A DNA stretch of 64,000 nt from an uncultured Oscillospiraceae bacterium (GTDB lineage Bacteria; Bacillota; Clostridia; Oscillospirales; Oscillospiraceae): assembly GCA_964406615.1 (NCBI GenBank), contig CAYOSI010000008.1, forward strand, positions 4,031-68,030. Reading direction: 5' to 3'. Each line of letters opens with the position of its first letter. The stretch's first letter is position 1. Under the pieces are notes generated by a model. That model ran no database searches, was not told where the DNA came from, and was given only the letters and a program-made list of their open reading frames with translations. Positions 1-9,494 of the stretch are shown here, piece after piece. The position numbers and the translations under genes were made by a program.

Positions 1-1
1 G

Positions 2-2032
2 ACGGCGGCCGCCCGTGCAAAGGCCATCGTCGCGCAGGGCGACGGCCTGTCCGACTATGACCGGCTGGCGTTCTACTGCGAAAAGATCTGCGCTCTCGCC
101 TCGTATAACTACGACGCTTCGCAGAGCAGCTCGACGCCCTATGGCGACCCGTGGCAGGTGATCTATGTCTTTGACGGCGACGAGACGACCAAGGTCGTCT
201 GCGAGGGCTATGCCAAAGCGTTTCAGTACCTCTGCGACCTGACGGAGTTTGACGAAAACGAGACCGTCACCTGCATAACGGTGACGGGCCAAACATCCGG
301 CGGTCATATGTGGAACATCGTGACCATGGAGGATGGAGGGCATTATCTGGTCGATGTGACGAACTGCGACAGCCTCGGAGGCAATGTCGTGTTTCTGCGC
401 GGCGGAGCGGGCGGCAGCGTGAGTACGGGCTACCCGGTGACGGCTGCCGGACAGTCGGTTACGTATGTGTACGATGAGGCGACGCTTTCGACCTTCCCGG
501 CGGCGGAGCTGGCTCTGGCGGCCGCCGATTACGGCACAGCGCAGCGCATCTCGCTTGCCGGCGCGGAAGTGATCGTGGCGGATGAGGGGCTTGTCTATAC
601 CGGCGCGCCGCAGGAGCCGGCCGTCACGGTGCGGCTGAACGGCGCGGTCCTGGAGGCCGGGACGGATTATCTCGCCGAGTACAGCGGGAATACGAACGCC
701 GGGTCGGGCTATGTGCAGATCACGGGCACGGGCGGTTACAGCGGCCGGACGGGCGCGTTTTTCCCAATTGAACCAGAGCCGCTGACCGGTGCGGCCGTGG
801 CGGTGGCAGACCAAATCTATACCGGCAAGGCGCTGAAGCCGGCCGTCACGGTGACGCTGAACGGCAAGCGGCTCACGGAGGGGACGGACTATACCCTGCG
901 CTACGCCAACAACACGAAGATCGGCACGGCGTCCGTGACCGTTACCGGACAGGGCAATTATACCGGGTCGGCCAGAGGGACGTTTGCGATCCGGGCGGCC
1001 TCCCCGGAGCTGTCCTTGTCGCTTCTGGCGACGGGCGTGAAGCTCACCTGGGGCGCGGTGGCCGGCGCGGAGCAGTACCGCGTGATGCGGAAGGCGGCGG
1101 GCGCATCGGCGTGGACGGTGCTCGGCGATACCGCCGATACGAGCTATCAGGATATTTTGCCGGACGCCGGCGTGACCTACCATTATGCCGTGCGCTGCCT
1201 GAGCGCGGACGGAACGACGTATACGAGCGCAGAGGATGCGCTGGGCCGGTCGATCACCTACACGAGCGCGCTGCCTGCGTCGCCGGGCTGGCATAAGTAC
1301 GACGGCTGTTGGTACTATGTCGGCTCGGACGGCAAGCCGATGGTGAGCCGGTGGCTGCGATCCGGAGGCTGCTGGTATTATTTTGGGCCCGACGGCGTGA
1401 TGCTCGAAAGCGCCAAGCGGACCATCGACGGCGCGGACTATATCTTCAAGGCCACCGGCGCGATGGCGACGGGCTGGGTAAAATACGACGGGAGCTGGTA
1501 TTACTGCGGCAGCTCCGGCGCGGTAAGAAAGAGCGCGTGGCTGAAATCGGGCGGGACCTGGTACTACCTGCTGTCCGACGGCAAAATGGCCGCCGGCTGC
1601 AAGCGGACCATCGGCGGCGCGGACTATATCTTCAAAGCGAGCGGCGCGATGGCGACGGGCTGGGTGAAATACGACGGGAGCTGGTACTACTGCGGCAGCT
1701 CCGGCGCGGTGAGAAAGAGCGCGTGGCTGAAGTCGGGCGGGACCTGGTACTACCTGCTGTCCGACGGCAAAACGGCTGCCGGCTGCAAGCGGACCATCGG
1801 CGGCGCGGACTATATCTTCAAAGCGAGCGGCGCGATGGCGACGGGCTGGGTGAAATACGACGGGAGCTGGTACTACTGCGGCAGCTCCGGCGCGGTGAGA
1901 AAGAGCGCATGGCTGAAGTCGGGCGGCTATTGGTACTACTTCCGGTCAGACGGCGTGATGGCGGCGGATGAAAAGCTCACCATCGGCGGGACCGCCTATA
2001 CGTTCAGCAGCAGCGGCCGGTGGGTCGGATAA
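2..2032 (+). CDS. cell-surface protein (5' end cut by window edge): transglutaminase-like core + Ig-like modules + Fn3-like + cell-wall-binding (CW_binding_1 type) repeats
   Basis: The reading frame of ORF 158..2032 stays open back to nt 2. It has a Cys/His/Asp pattern (VCEGYAKAFQYLC, GGHMWNIV, LVDVTNCD), repeated YTG..PAVTV.LNG..L..GTDY modules, and C-terminal GWVKYDGSWYY / GGTWYYL repeats. Confidence 0.8.
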   Translation, partial: TAAARAKAIVAQGDGLSDYDRLAFYCEKICALASYNYDASQSSSTPYGDPWQVIYVFDGDETTKVVCEGYAKAFQYLCDLTEFDENETVTCITVTGQTSGGHMWNIVTMEDGGHYLVDVTNCDSLGGNVVFLRGGAGGSVSTGYPVTAAGQSVTYVYDEATLSTFPAAELALAAADYGTAQRISLAGAEVIVADEGLVYTGAPQEPAVTVRLNGAVLEAGTDYLAEYSGNTNAGSGYVQITGTGGYSGRTGAFFPIEPEPLTGAAVAVADQIYTGKALKPAVTVTLNGKRLTEGTDYTLRYANNTKIGTASVTVTGQGNYTGSARGTFAIRAASPELSLSLLATGVKLTWGAVAGAEQYRVMRKAAGASAWTVLGDTADTSYQDILPDAGVTYHYAVRCLSADGTTYTSAEDALGRSITYTSALPASPGWHKYDGCWYYVGSDGKPMVSRWLRSGGCWYYFGPDGVMLESAKRTIDGADYIFKATGAMATGWVKYDGSWYYCGSSGAVRKSAWLKSGGTWYYLLSDGKMAAGCKRTIGGADYIFKASGAMATGWVKYDGSWYYCGSSGAVRKSAWLKSGGTWYYLLSDGKTAAGCKRTIGGADYIFKASGAMATGWVKYDGSWYYCGSSGAVRKSAWLKSGGYWYYFRSDGVMAADEKLTIGGTAYTFSSSGRWVG
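1431..1988 (+). repeat. three tandem 186-bp (62-codon) near-identical coding repeats
   Basis: GCGCGGACTATATCTTCAA recurs at 1431, 1617 and 1803. Copies 2 and 3 are identical for roughly the first 130 nt. Confidence 0.9.
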
Positions 2033-2046
2033 GAAAAAAGCGCGCG

Positions 2047-2077
2047 CAGCGCCGGGATCGTGATGGTCCCGGCGCTG
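2047..2077. terminator. bidirectional hairpin between convergent genes
   Basis: CAGCGCCGGGA / TCCCGGCGCTG form an 11-bp stem with a 9-nt loop, lying between the stop at 2032 (+) and the stop at 2080 (-). Confidence 0.55.
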
Positions 2078-2079
2078 TG

Positions 2080-3243
2080 TTAGTTCTTGTCGAAGAGCAG
2101 CGCAAAATAATTGTTTTCCAGAATGCGCCGGGCGAAGATATAGCGGTCGTATTGCAGTCGGCACACCGCTTCGATATACTCGCCGCCGGCGTCTGCTTCC
2201 ACAGGGACAAAGCGCTCCTCCGCAGCGATATAGCGGCCGGCCTCGGTGATCCAGTCGGAGAACGCGCTGCCCCGGAGCGTGACGAGCGGCGTGGCGGCGT
2301 CCGGCGTGTCGGATGCCTCGGCGAAGATGTCCCGCCCAGACAGGAAGCGGGAGTCGAAGGGCAGGCCAAAGAGATTTTCGAGCGTTGGCGCCAGGTCAAG
2401 CTCCGAGCAGGGAATGTCGGTCTCCGGAGCGGGGAAATCCCGGCTCCAGAGAAAAAGCTGCGCCCGGTCCGTCTCGGGGCTGCCCGTGAGGACGCATACG
2501 GCGGTGTTGTCCGGGAGCGCGTCCATGATATCGGCCAGACTGCGGTCGGCCTCGGAGGCGGTCCAGAGGAAGAAAGCGAAAAAGGGCGTTCCGCTTTCCG
2601 CGCAGCGCGTGACCGCATCGGCTGCCTCAGTCTGTGCGCCGTCCTCGGAGATCGTGATCGTTTCAAAGCCCAGCGCGGCGTAAGCGGCTTCATGCTCCGG
2701 GTCGGGAATGAAGGCATAGGCGGCATAGCCTGCATCGGCAAAGCAGCGCGCCGGGGCAAAGGGCAGGTAAATATCCTGCGCCCCGGCGTAGAGCAGGGCG
2801 GTGGTGTTGTTCACGCGGGTGGGCATGAGCCCGGACAGCAGCGCAAATTCGCATCCATCCATACCCTGATACCAGTCGGGGCAATAAACCTGTGTGAACT
2901 TTGCGCCCTCCTGCCGGAGCTGGCGGAGCGTTGGTGCATCGGAGCGGACGGAGAGGTCGGGCTTCCAGTTTTCCGCGCAGATGAGGACGAGATTTTTGCC
3001 CTTCAGGATGCCGCTGTAAGCGTTCTTTTTTGTCGCCGTTCGCTGGAGGTAGTAGCTGTTCATCTCTGCGATCAGGGCGCTGCCGGCGGTCTGCGCCGTG
3101 ACCGGGAGTTCCAGGCTGAGGATATTGTATTCCGTGCCGTCAGCGGGGGCCATGGCGTATTGCGCCGGCGGCGGGAGCATGGCCCGGGCCAGCAAAATCG
3201 CCGCCAGGATGGCGGTGAGCGTATAGAACACGAACCTGCGCAT
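2080..3243 (-). CDS. membrane-anchored sulfatase / LTA-synthase-like (alkaline phosphatase superfamily) protein
   Basis: ATG at 3243 is preceded by GGAGGA. There is an N-terminal TM segment (FVFYTLTAILAAILLA), and NLVLICAENW ... GMDGCEFALLSGLMP resembles the sulfatase-domain core. Confidence 0.55.
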   Translation of the reverse strand: MRRFVFYTLTAILAAILLARAMLPPPAQYAMAPADGTEYNILSLELPVTAQTAGSALIAEMNSYYLQRTATKKNAYSGILKGKNLVLICAENWKPDLSVRSDAPTLRQLRQEGAKFTQVYCPDWYQGMDGCEFALLSGLMPTRVNNTTALLYAGAQDIYLPFAPARCFADAGYAAYAFIPDPEHEAAYAALGFETITISEDGAQTEAADAVTRCAESGTPFFAFFLWTASEADRSLADIMDALPDNTAVCVLTGSPETDRAQLFLWSRDFPAPETDIPCSELDLAPTLENLFGLPFDSRFLSGRDIFAEASDTPDAATPLVTLRGSAFSDWITEAGRYIAAEERFVPVEADAGGEYIEAVCRLQYDRYIFARRILENNYFALLFDKN

Positions 3244-3365
3244 AGACGGCGTCCTCCGGCACTTCATCGTTACTGTTAGGATGAAGCAAAGGCCCTGCGA
3301 AAGGATTCGCAAACCGTCGGTGAAGGAAAAAATTCATACCGCGGACCCGTCCGGAGGGGCCGGAA

Positions 3366-3406
3366 CAGAAACGCATCCGTACCAAAACGGCACGGATGCG
3401 TTTCTG
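3366..3406 (-). terminator. hairpin downstream of argH
   Basis: Perfect 15-bp stem CAGAAACGCATCCGT / ACGGATGCGTTTCTG. The T tract is weak. Confidence 0.45.
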
Positions 3407-3442
3407 CTTTATGGCCGGGGTAGCCGGCAGGATGAAAAACGG

Positions 3443-4774
3443 TCAGGTCCGGAGAAAGTCCTCGAGGAAGGCAAGCTGCTCGGCCATCGGGAGATGGCGG
3501 CGCTTGACGCAGTTATCGAGGTTGATGGCGTCGTAGATGCTTTCGTCGAAGATGGGACAGACGGCCTTGTATTCTGCAAGCGTCAAGTCCTCGAGGGGCT
3601 TGCCCGCGTGGACAAGACCGGCGGAAATGCCGTAGGCCTCGCGGAAGGGAACGCCGTGCGCTACGAGCCAGTCGGCGCAGTCGGTAGCGTTGATGAAGCC
3701 TGCGCCCGCCGCCCTGCGCATGGCGTCGGGGTGAGCGGTCATGCCCGCGACCATCGGAGCGAGCACCGAGAGACAGAGCTTGGCGGTATCGAGTGCGTCA
3801 AAGACGGCTTCCTTGTCCTCCTGCAGATCCTTGTTATAGGCAAGAGGCAGGCCCTTCAGCACGGTCAGCATGGTCATCAGATCGCCGTAAACGCGGCCCG
3901 TCTTGCCGCGGATCAGCTCCGCCATATCGGGATTTTTTTTCTGCGGCATGATGGACGAGCCGGTGACAAAGCCCTCCGGCAGCGTGACGAAGTGAAATTC
4001 GAGGCTCGACCAAAGAACAAGCTCCTCGGACAGACGGGACAAATGCGCCATCATAAGGCTCAGGCTGCTCATGAGCTCAACACAGAAATCACGGTCGGAC
4101 ACGGCGTCGAGGCTGTTGAGGCAGGGACCGTCAAAGCCCAGTGCGGCGGCGGTCATGCTCCGGTCGGTGGGGAAGGTCGTTCCCGCGAGGGCACAGGCGC
4201 CGAGGGGACATTGATTGAGACGCGCCCGCGCATCCTTGAGACGTCCTGCGTCACGGGTCAGCATCATCGCATAGGCGCAGAGGTAATGCCCCAGCGTGAC
4301 GGGCTGCGCACGCTGGAGGTGGGTGTAGCCCGGCATGACGGTGTCGGCATGCTGCGCCGCCTGGTCGCGCAGCGCAGCGACCGCATCGCGGATCAGCGCG
4401 AGCGTCTCGTCGATCTGGCCGCGCAGATACAACCGCAGGTCGGTGGCGACCTGGTCGTTCCGGCTGCGTGCGGTGTGAAGACGCTTGCCTGCGTCGCCAA
4501 TGCGCTTCGTGAGCTCCATCTCGACAAAGGTGTGGATGTCCTCAGCGGACATGTCGATCTCGAGCGCGCCGGATTCAATATCGGAAAGGATGCCCTCCAG
4601 GCCCGCCTTGATCGCGGCGGCGTCCTCGGCGGAGATGATGCCCTGACGGCCCAGCATTGCGGCATGGGCCAGGGAGCCGGTGATATCCTCGCGCCACATG
4701 CGGGAGTCGAAGGGGATCGAGGAGTTAAGCTGTTTTGCCGTGTCGGCTACAAGGCCGCCCCAGAGATTGTTCAT
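3443..4774 (-). CDS. argH: argininosuccinate lyase
   Basis: 443 aa. It has an LWGG N-terminus and the fumarate-lyase family signature GSSIMPQKKNPD. Its start overlaps the argG stop (TAATG). Confidence 0.95.
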   Translation of the reverse strand: MNNLWGGLVADTAKQLNSSIPFDSRMWREDITGSLAHAAMLGRQGIISAEDAAAIKAGLEGILSDIESGALEIDMSAEDIHTFVEMELTKRIGDAGKRLHTARSRNDQVATDLRLYLRGQIDETLALIRDAVAALRDQAAQHADTVMPGYTHLQRAQPVTLGHYLCAYAMMLTRDAGRLKDARARLNQCPLGACALAGTTFPTDRSMTAAALGFDGPCLNSLDAVSDRDFCVELMSSLSLMMAHLSRLSEELVLWSSLEFHFVTLPEGFVTGSSIMPQKKNPDMAELIRGKTGRVYGDLMTMLTVLKGLPLAYNKDLQEDKEAVFDALDTAKLCLSVLAPMVAGMTAHPDAMRRAAGAGFINATDCADWLVAHGVPFREAYGISAGLVHAGKPLEDLTLAEYKAVCPIFDESIYDAINLDNCVKRRHLPMAEQLAFLEDFLRT

Positions 4775-5988
4775 TACAGCTTGCCCTGCTCGCGGAGCGC
4801 CTGCACCTGAGTGGGCAGACCCCAGAGGTTGATGAAGCCGGCGGCCTGACCCTGGTCATAATCGCTCTCGCCGAAGGTCACAAGGTCCTCGGAGTAGAGG
4901 GAGTAGGGCGAGGTCGTGCCAGCGGGGATGATGTTGCCCTTGTAGAGCTTCAGGCGGACAGAGCCGGTGACGTACTTGTTCGACTCGTTCGCAAACGCCG
5001 TGAGGGCCTCCTGCAGGGGGGAGTACCACTTGCCGTTGTAGATGAGGTCGGCGTAATCGATGGCGAGCTTCTGCTTCTCGTGCAGGGTGTCCTTATCGAC
5101 GGTGAGCATTTCAAGCTGTTCGTGAGCAAAGTACAGGATAGAGCCGCCCGGTGTTTCGTAAACGCCGCGGTCCTTCATGCCGATGAGGCGGTTTTCGACG
5201 ATATCGATGATGCCGATGCCGTTTGCGCCGCCGAGGACGTTGAGCTTCTCGATGATCTTGGAGGCCTTCATTCTCTCGCCGTCAATGGCCACAGGCGCGC
5301 CCTGTTCGAAGTCAATGGTCACATAGGTGGGCTCATCGGGGGCCTGCATCGGGGAAACGCCCATTTCGAGGAAGCCGGGCTTGTCATACTGGGGCTCATT
5401 CGCGGGGTCCTCGAGGTCGAGGCCCTCGTGGGACAGATGCCAGAGGTTCTTGTCCTTGGAGTAGTTGGTCTCGCGGCTGATTTTCAGGGGAACGTTATGC
5501 GCCTCGGCGTAGTCGATCTCCTCGTCGCGGCTCTTGATGTCCCACTCACGCCAGGGGGCGATGATCTTCATGCCGGGCGCAAAGCGCTTGATGGCAAGCT
5601 CAAAACGGACCTGGTCGTTGCCCTTGCCGGTAGCGCCGTGGACAATGGCATCCGCGCCCTCGGCGATCGCGATCTCCGCGAGCTTTTTTCCGATGACGGG
5701 ACGGGCGAACGCCGTGCCGAGCAGATAGGTCTCATATTTGGCGTCCATTTTCAGGGCGGGGATGATGATGTCATCGACCATCTCATCCACGAGGTCGGCG
5801 ACGATCAGCTTGGAAGCGCCGGTTCTGAGGGCCTTTTCCTCGAGGCCATCGAGCTCGTCGGCCTGGCCGACGTTGCCCGCGACGGCAATAACCTCGCAGT
5901 TGTCATAGTTCTCCTTGAGCCAGGGGATGATGATGGATGTGTCGAGACCGCCGGAATAGGCGAGAACGACTTTCTTGATATCAGACAT
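4774..5988 (-). CDS. argG: argininosuccinate synthase
   Basis: Contains the [13 protein letters not shown] motif. ATG at 5988 is preceded by GGAGGAAACTGAC. The upstream ATG at 6033 has no RBS. Confidence 0.95.
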   Translation of the reverse strand: MSDIKKVVLAYSGGLDTSIIIPWLKENYDNCEVIAVAGNVGQADELDGLEEKALRTGASKLIVADLVDEMVDDIIIPALKMDAKYETYLLGTAFARPVIGKKLAEIAIAEGADAIVHGATGKGNDQVRFELAIKRFAPGMKIIAPWREWDIKSRDEEIDYAEAHNVPLKISRETNYSKDKNLWHLSHEGLDLEDPANEPQYDKPGFLEMGVSPMQAPDEPTYVTIDFEQGAPVAIDGERMKASKIIEKLNVLGGANGIGIIDIVENRLIGMKDRGVYETPGGSILYFAHEQLEMLTVDKDTLHEKQKLAIDYADLIYNGKWYSPLQEALTAFANESNKYVTGSVRLKLYKGNIIPAGTTSPYSLYSEDLVTFGESDYDQGQAAGFINLWGLPTQVQALREQGKL

Positions 5989-6039
5989 GTCAGTTTCCTC
6001 CGAACATTTATTTTTAACGTATGGATTGTACACTTATAT

Positions 6040-6133
6040 CAAGTGAATATCAATAGGGATATGCAGGATTTTTTGAATATTTACGAACTTTTTTCAACAA
6101 AAAGTGAATACCATCCTGAATAATGAATATCCA
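6040..6133 (-). promoter_or_regulatory. AT-rich argG promoter region with five TGAATA half-sites (candidate ArgR/AhrC ARG boxes)
   Basis: TGAATA occurs at 6044, 6074, 6105, 6117 and 6124. This is the only AT-rich stretch in a GC-rich neighbourhood. Confidence 0.3.
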
Positions 6134-6137
6134 GGAC

Positions 6138-7541
6138 TTATTTCAGCATTTCCTCCGCGGCGATTCGTCCGCCGGCGAGGGAGAAGCCGAAGGCGTGGCC
6201 GGACAGGCCGACGCTGTAATCGCCGGAATCCACGCCGGAAATGTCGATGCCCGCCGAAAACAGCCCGGGGATGGGCCTTGCCTCACGGGTCAGCACGCGC
6301 ATGCGGCTGTCCACGCGGATGCCGCCGTGGGTCGTGATGATGTCCATACCTGCCCGTACGGCGTAGAACGGCCCTTCGCTCACGGGAAGCAGGCTGCGCC
6401 GGTCCTTGCCGAAGAGCGCGTCGTGTCCGGCGGCACAGGCGGCGTTATAGGCGGCGACCTCGGCGGAGAGCGAAGCCCGGTCGATGCCGGCGGCGTCCGC
6501 CAGCGCGTTGATGGAGCCGGCCTTTACGATGCCGCCCTTTTCCAGTTCCTGCTCGACAGCGCTGTAAAGCTTTTCCATGCCGTTGTCGGCGGCGTCGAGC
6601 GGCGACATCATACCGGGCAGTCCCTCATAGGCGCGGCGAAGCGCGGCCTCGTCGAGGATGGCCCAGCACATACGCCCCGGCTGGCGGGCGACGGCGTTCT
6701 GACCGTAGATGAAGTCGGAGCATATGCTCTCGTCGCAGAAGCGCTCGCCCAGCGCATTGACCCAGAGACAGTCCGGGCGGCGGATGAGCGCCGTAATCTC
6801 GCCCCGGCCGTAGAACACGGGGGCGCAGCCCTCAATGGCGATGTCCATGGGCTGGTCCGCGCCGGCCTCACCGGCGAGGCGGAAGCCGTCGCCGTCCATG
6901 GCGATGCCCTTCAAATGGGCGTAAGCCGAGGGGTCGCAGCCGGGGATCATGCGGCGCATCAGCTCCGGGCTGCCGCTGAAGCCGCCGGTGCTGATGAGCA
7001 CCGCGTCGGCGCGGAACGTCCTGGTCCTGCCGCCGACTGCGGCGGAAACGCCGCCGACGGCGTCGTTTTCGGTCAGAAGCGAGCGGGCGTCGGCCTCGGT
7101 TATCAGCTCGACGCCAAGCTCCTCGCAGCGCTTTTTCAGCACGGTCATGACCCGCAGGCCCGTCGGCGCGGGGTAGGCCATGTGAAAGACCTCGGGGCTT
7201 TGGTTCGGCATATGGTGCAGCACGCGGGAAAACGGCACGCCCAGCCCGCAGAGCCAGTCCACGGTCTCACCGCTGCGTCCGATGAGGGCGCGGACGAGCC
7301 GCGCATCCGCCCGCCAATGGGAGTATTCCATGGCAGCGCGGAAGAGCTTTTCGGGGTCGGCGTCGATGTTCAGACGCTTCTGCAGGCGGCTTCCGGCGGC
7401 GAAAACGCCCTCGGCATAGCGCCCGTTGCCGCAGAGGTATCTGCGCTTTTCGAGGACGGTGACCATGGCGCCGGCCTCGGCTGCGGTGGCGGCGGCGGAC
7501 AGACCGGCGGCGCCGCCGCCGAGAATAAGGAGCTTCTTCAT
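6138..7541 (-). CDS. FAD-dependent oxidoreductase (FAD_binding_2 / fumarate-reductase-flavoprotein-like)
   Basis: Has an N-terminal dinucleotide fold KKLLILGGGAAGLSAA and a C-terminal GGIRVD...IPGLFSAG motif. Confidence 0.85.
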   Translation of the reverse strand: MKKLLILGGGAAGLSAAATAAEAGAMVTVLEKRRYLCGNGRYAEGVFAAGSRLQKRLNIDADPEKLFRAAMEYSHWRADARLVRALIGRSGETVDWLCGLGVPFSRVLHHMPNQSPEVFHMAYPAPTGLRVMTVLKKRCEELGVELITEADARSLLTENDAVGGVSAAVGGRTRTFRADAVLISTGGFSGSPELMRRMIPGCDPSAYAHLKGIAMDGDGFRLAGEAGADQPMDIAIEGCAPVFYGRGEITALIRRPDCLWVNALGERFCDESICSDFIYGQNAVARQPGRMCWAILDEAALRRAYEGLPGMMSPLDAADNGMEKLYSAVEQELEKGGIVKAGSINALADAAGIDRASLSAEVAAYNAACAAGHDALFGKDRRSLLPVSEGPFYAVRAGMDIITTHGGIRVDSRMRVLTREARPIPGLFSAGIDISGVDSGDYSVGLSGHAFGFSLAGGRIAAEEMLK

Positions 7542-7702
7542 GTGGTGGCCTCCTTGAATATTAGGGTATGTATTCGGATCGGTTGACGGCCGGCGCGGAC
7601 TCGCGCTGCATGCCGGACACCAGGAGCGCCGTGCCGATGGCGGAGCGGACGGCGGCGGCAGCCAACCCCGCGGGGATACCGGCGGCGTCGAACGGGCCGG
7701 GG

Positions 7703-7984
7703 TCAGGGACGGTCAAACGATTTTTCGTACAGCGCGAACACGGCGTCGATGATTTCGTCATCGGTCTCCATGGCGAGGTAGCTGCCGGAATCCTCGGCCT
7801 GATCGCCGTCGATCTGGGACACGGAGAAAACGAAGGCGTCGCCCTCATCCGCGCCCTCCATGGGGGTGACGGGACGCAGGATCATATAGGTGCCGTCGGC
7901 ATAGGGAACGGAGGCGACGGGCTCAAAGCCCACGCGCTCGCCGCGGTCGTTGGTCAGAAGGATGATGTCAGGACTGTCGGACAT
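7703..7984 (-). CDS. DUF1292-like small acidic protein
   Basis: 93 aa with RBS AAAGGAGAG. The pattern D..G.E..FE...... Y..L.P ... and an acidic C-terminus are typical of DUF1292. Confidence 0.65.
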   Translation of the reverse strand: MSDSPDIILLTNDRGERVGFEPVASVPYADGTYMILRPVTPMEGADEGDAFVFSVSQIDGDQAEDSGSYLAMETDDEIIDAVFALYEKSFDRP

Positions 7985-8015
7985 GATAAAAGGCTCTCCT
8001 TTTCCGTCGATTCAA

Positions 8016-8780
8016 TCAATGGGACATACGCGCCCGCAGCGTGTCGGTAATGGCGGTTTCAAACACGGAGCAGGCTGCGGCGTGAAAAGCGTCGAGCTTG
8101 GCGGGCGCGCTCTGCGCGGTCATCGGCGTCATGCAGTAGGCGTCCACGTCGAGGACGAACTCGCGGCGCTGGTTGGGCTTGGGGTAGTCGGCGTTGAAGA
8201 TGCCGTAGCGGAGCGTGGCGCGGTCAACGCCGTAGTTGAGCTCCGTCGAGCACATGTGCCGGGCGAGCGTGCCGTCGTTTCCGGCAAAACGCAGGCCGCC
8301 CACCAGCAGAGGGTTCACATACTGCTGCCAGAAATCCGCGCCGAGGCCGGGACCGGCGTCCTCCTCCGGGAGCTTGATCTCGTTGATGTACCGCATGCCG
8401 AGCCGCCGGATCTTCAGCCCGGGATACGGCGCGGCAACGGCGTCAAGCACGTCCAGAAAAAGTTCGCGAAGCCCGGCATAGCTGTCATAGCGGCGTTCCT
8501 CGAGGAAGAGGTATTCACTGCACACGGCTACGCGGCGGCTCCGGTCTTCGGTCCAGAAGTTGTTTTCAAGGAAGTTTGTGGTGTGGGTGTCCTTTACAGG
8601 ACCCTGCGGTGTTTTGCGGATGCGCACCTCGGATTTGGTGCGGTTGAGCCGGTTCCGCACAGGATAGCTGTCGAGCAAGGCAAGAAGCGTCTCGTCCGGC
8701 TGCGCCATCGGCACGGTGTCCTGCACAAAATCCGCCCGCAGAACAACCTGCGTGATAAAGTTTTTTGCGTATGACGGCAT
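8016..8780 (-). CDS. conserved hypothetical protein (possibly TIGR04255 family)
   Basis: 254-aa ORF with ordinary composition, in an operon with the DUF1292 gene. The family call rests only on recalled N-terminal similarity. Confidence 0.55.
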   Translation of the reverse strand: MPSYAKNFITQVVLRADFVQDTVPMAQPDETLLALLDSYPVRNRLNRTKSEVRIRKTPQGPVKDTHTTNFLENNFWTEDRSRRVAVCSEYLFLEERRYDSYAGLRELFLDVLDAVAAPYPGLKIRRLGMRYINEIKLPEEDAGPGLGADFWQQYVNPLLVGGLRFAGNDGTLARHMCSTELNYGVDRATLRYGIFNADYPKPNQRREFVLDVDAYCMTPMTAQSAPAKLDAFHAAACSVFETAITDTLRARMSH

Positions 8781-8874
8781 AGCTCCGCCCGCCTTTCATT
8801 CGTAGAATGCATTGATTCTAATTATAATGTATCCGGAGCGGATTGTAAAGCGGCGCCCGCGGCCTGCAGGACGC

Positions 8875-8903
8875 AAAAATGCCCCGGCACAGGCCGGAGC
8901 ATT
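8875..8903 (-). terminator. intrinsic terminator after 8943..9377
   Basis: On the minus strand the hairpin ATGCTCCGGCC..GCCGGGGCAT is followed by TTTTT. Confidence 0.5.
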
Positions 8904-8942
8904 TACGGTGCGAAGGGCAAAAGCTATGCGAGGGCGGCCGGG

Positions 8943-9377
8943 TCACAAAAATGAGCGCATGTCCACCGCCATGGATTCCTCAAGCCGAATGAGGCGTTTG
9001 GCGATATCCTTGGACGCCTCGTCCGCCGCTGCGTACTGATTCAGATAGCGGCTGAGGGTCTTGACGCCCATGTTGCAGCCGTCCGTCATGAGGTCGGCGA
9101 TGGTGTGGTCGGATTCGCTGGCGGCCAGCTTAATCTTGGTCATGACCCCGGACATCATGGAGGCGACGGCGGGCGGCTCCTTGCCCTCGTCCCGGAAGCG
9201 GTCCAGCCGGGTCTGGATCTCCGCGCCGAGCATTTCATGCTCGCGCTTTCCGTCGCTCAGGACGGTTTCCAGCTTCGGTGCCCGCACATGCCCCAGCACG
9301 TCCTCCAGGGAGGACAGGCCCATTTTTACCCCGGCGTCACATTCGCGCAGCAGCCGGATGGTATCCTGTTCGATCAT
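8943..9377 (-). CDS. hypothetical helical protein
   Basis: 144-aa ORF with balanced composition and its own terminator. No family was recognised. Confidence 0.6.
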   Translation of the reverse strand: MIEQDTIRLLRECDAGVKMGLSSLEDVLGHVRAPKLETVLSDGKREHEMLGAEIQTRLDRFRDEGKEPPAVASMMSGVMTKIKLAASESDHTIADLMTDGCNMGVKTLSRYLNQYAAADEASKDIAKRLIRLEESMAVDMRSFL

Positions 9378-9494
9378 AGTCGCATCAATTCCTTTCGTGA
9401 TGGCATTATGCCCCGCCTGCGCGCGGAATATGCGGAATATCGGCCGGACAGCGGGCTGGTTTCTGCGCGGAAGATGAAATTATGCGGTGCCGCC

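Noticed and set aside
1431-1988. Possible CRISPR array or mobile repeat
   Set aside because: The repeats are contiguous with no spacers, are in frame, and encode cell-wall-binding motifs. No CRISPR-like repeat-spacer pattern was seen anywhere in the window.
3281-7586. Long plus-strand ORFs 3281..4810, 4735..6123 and 6123..7586
   Set aside because: They run antisense to argH, argG and the FAD oxidoreductase, all of which carry unmistakable family motifs. The plus-strand translations are low-complexity Gly/Arg/Ala/Val-rich.
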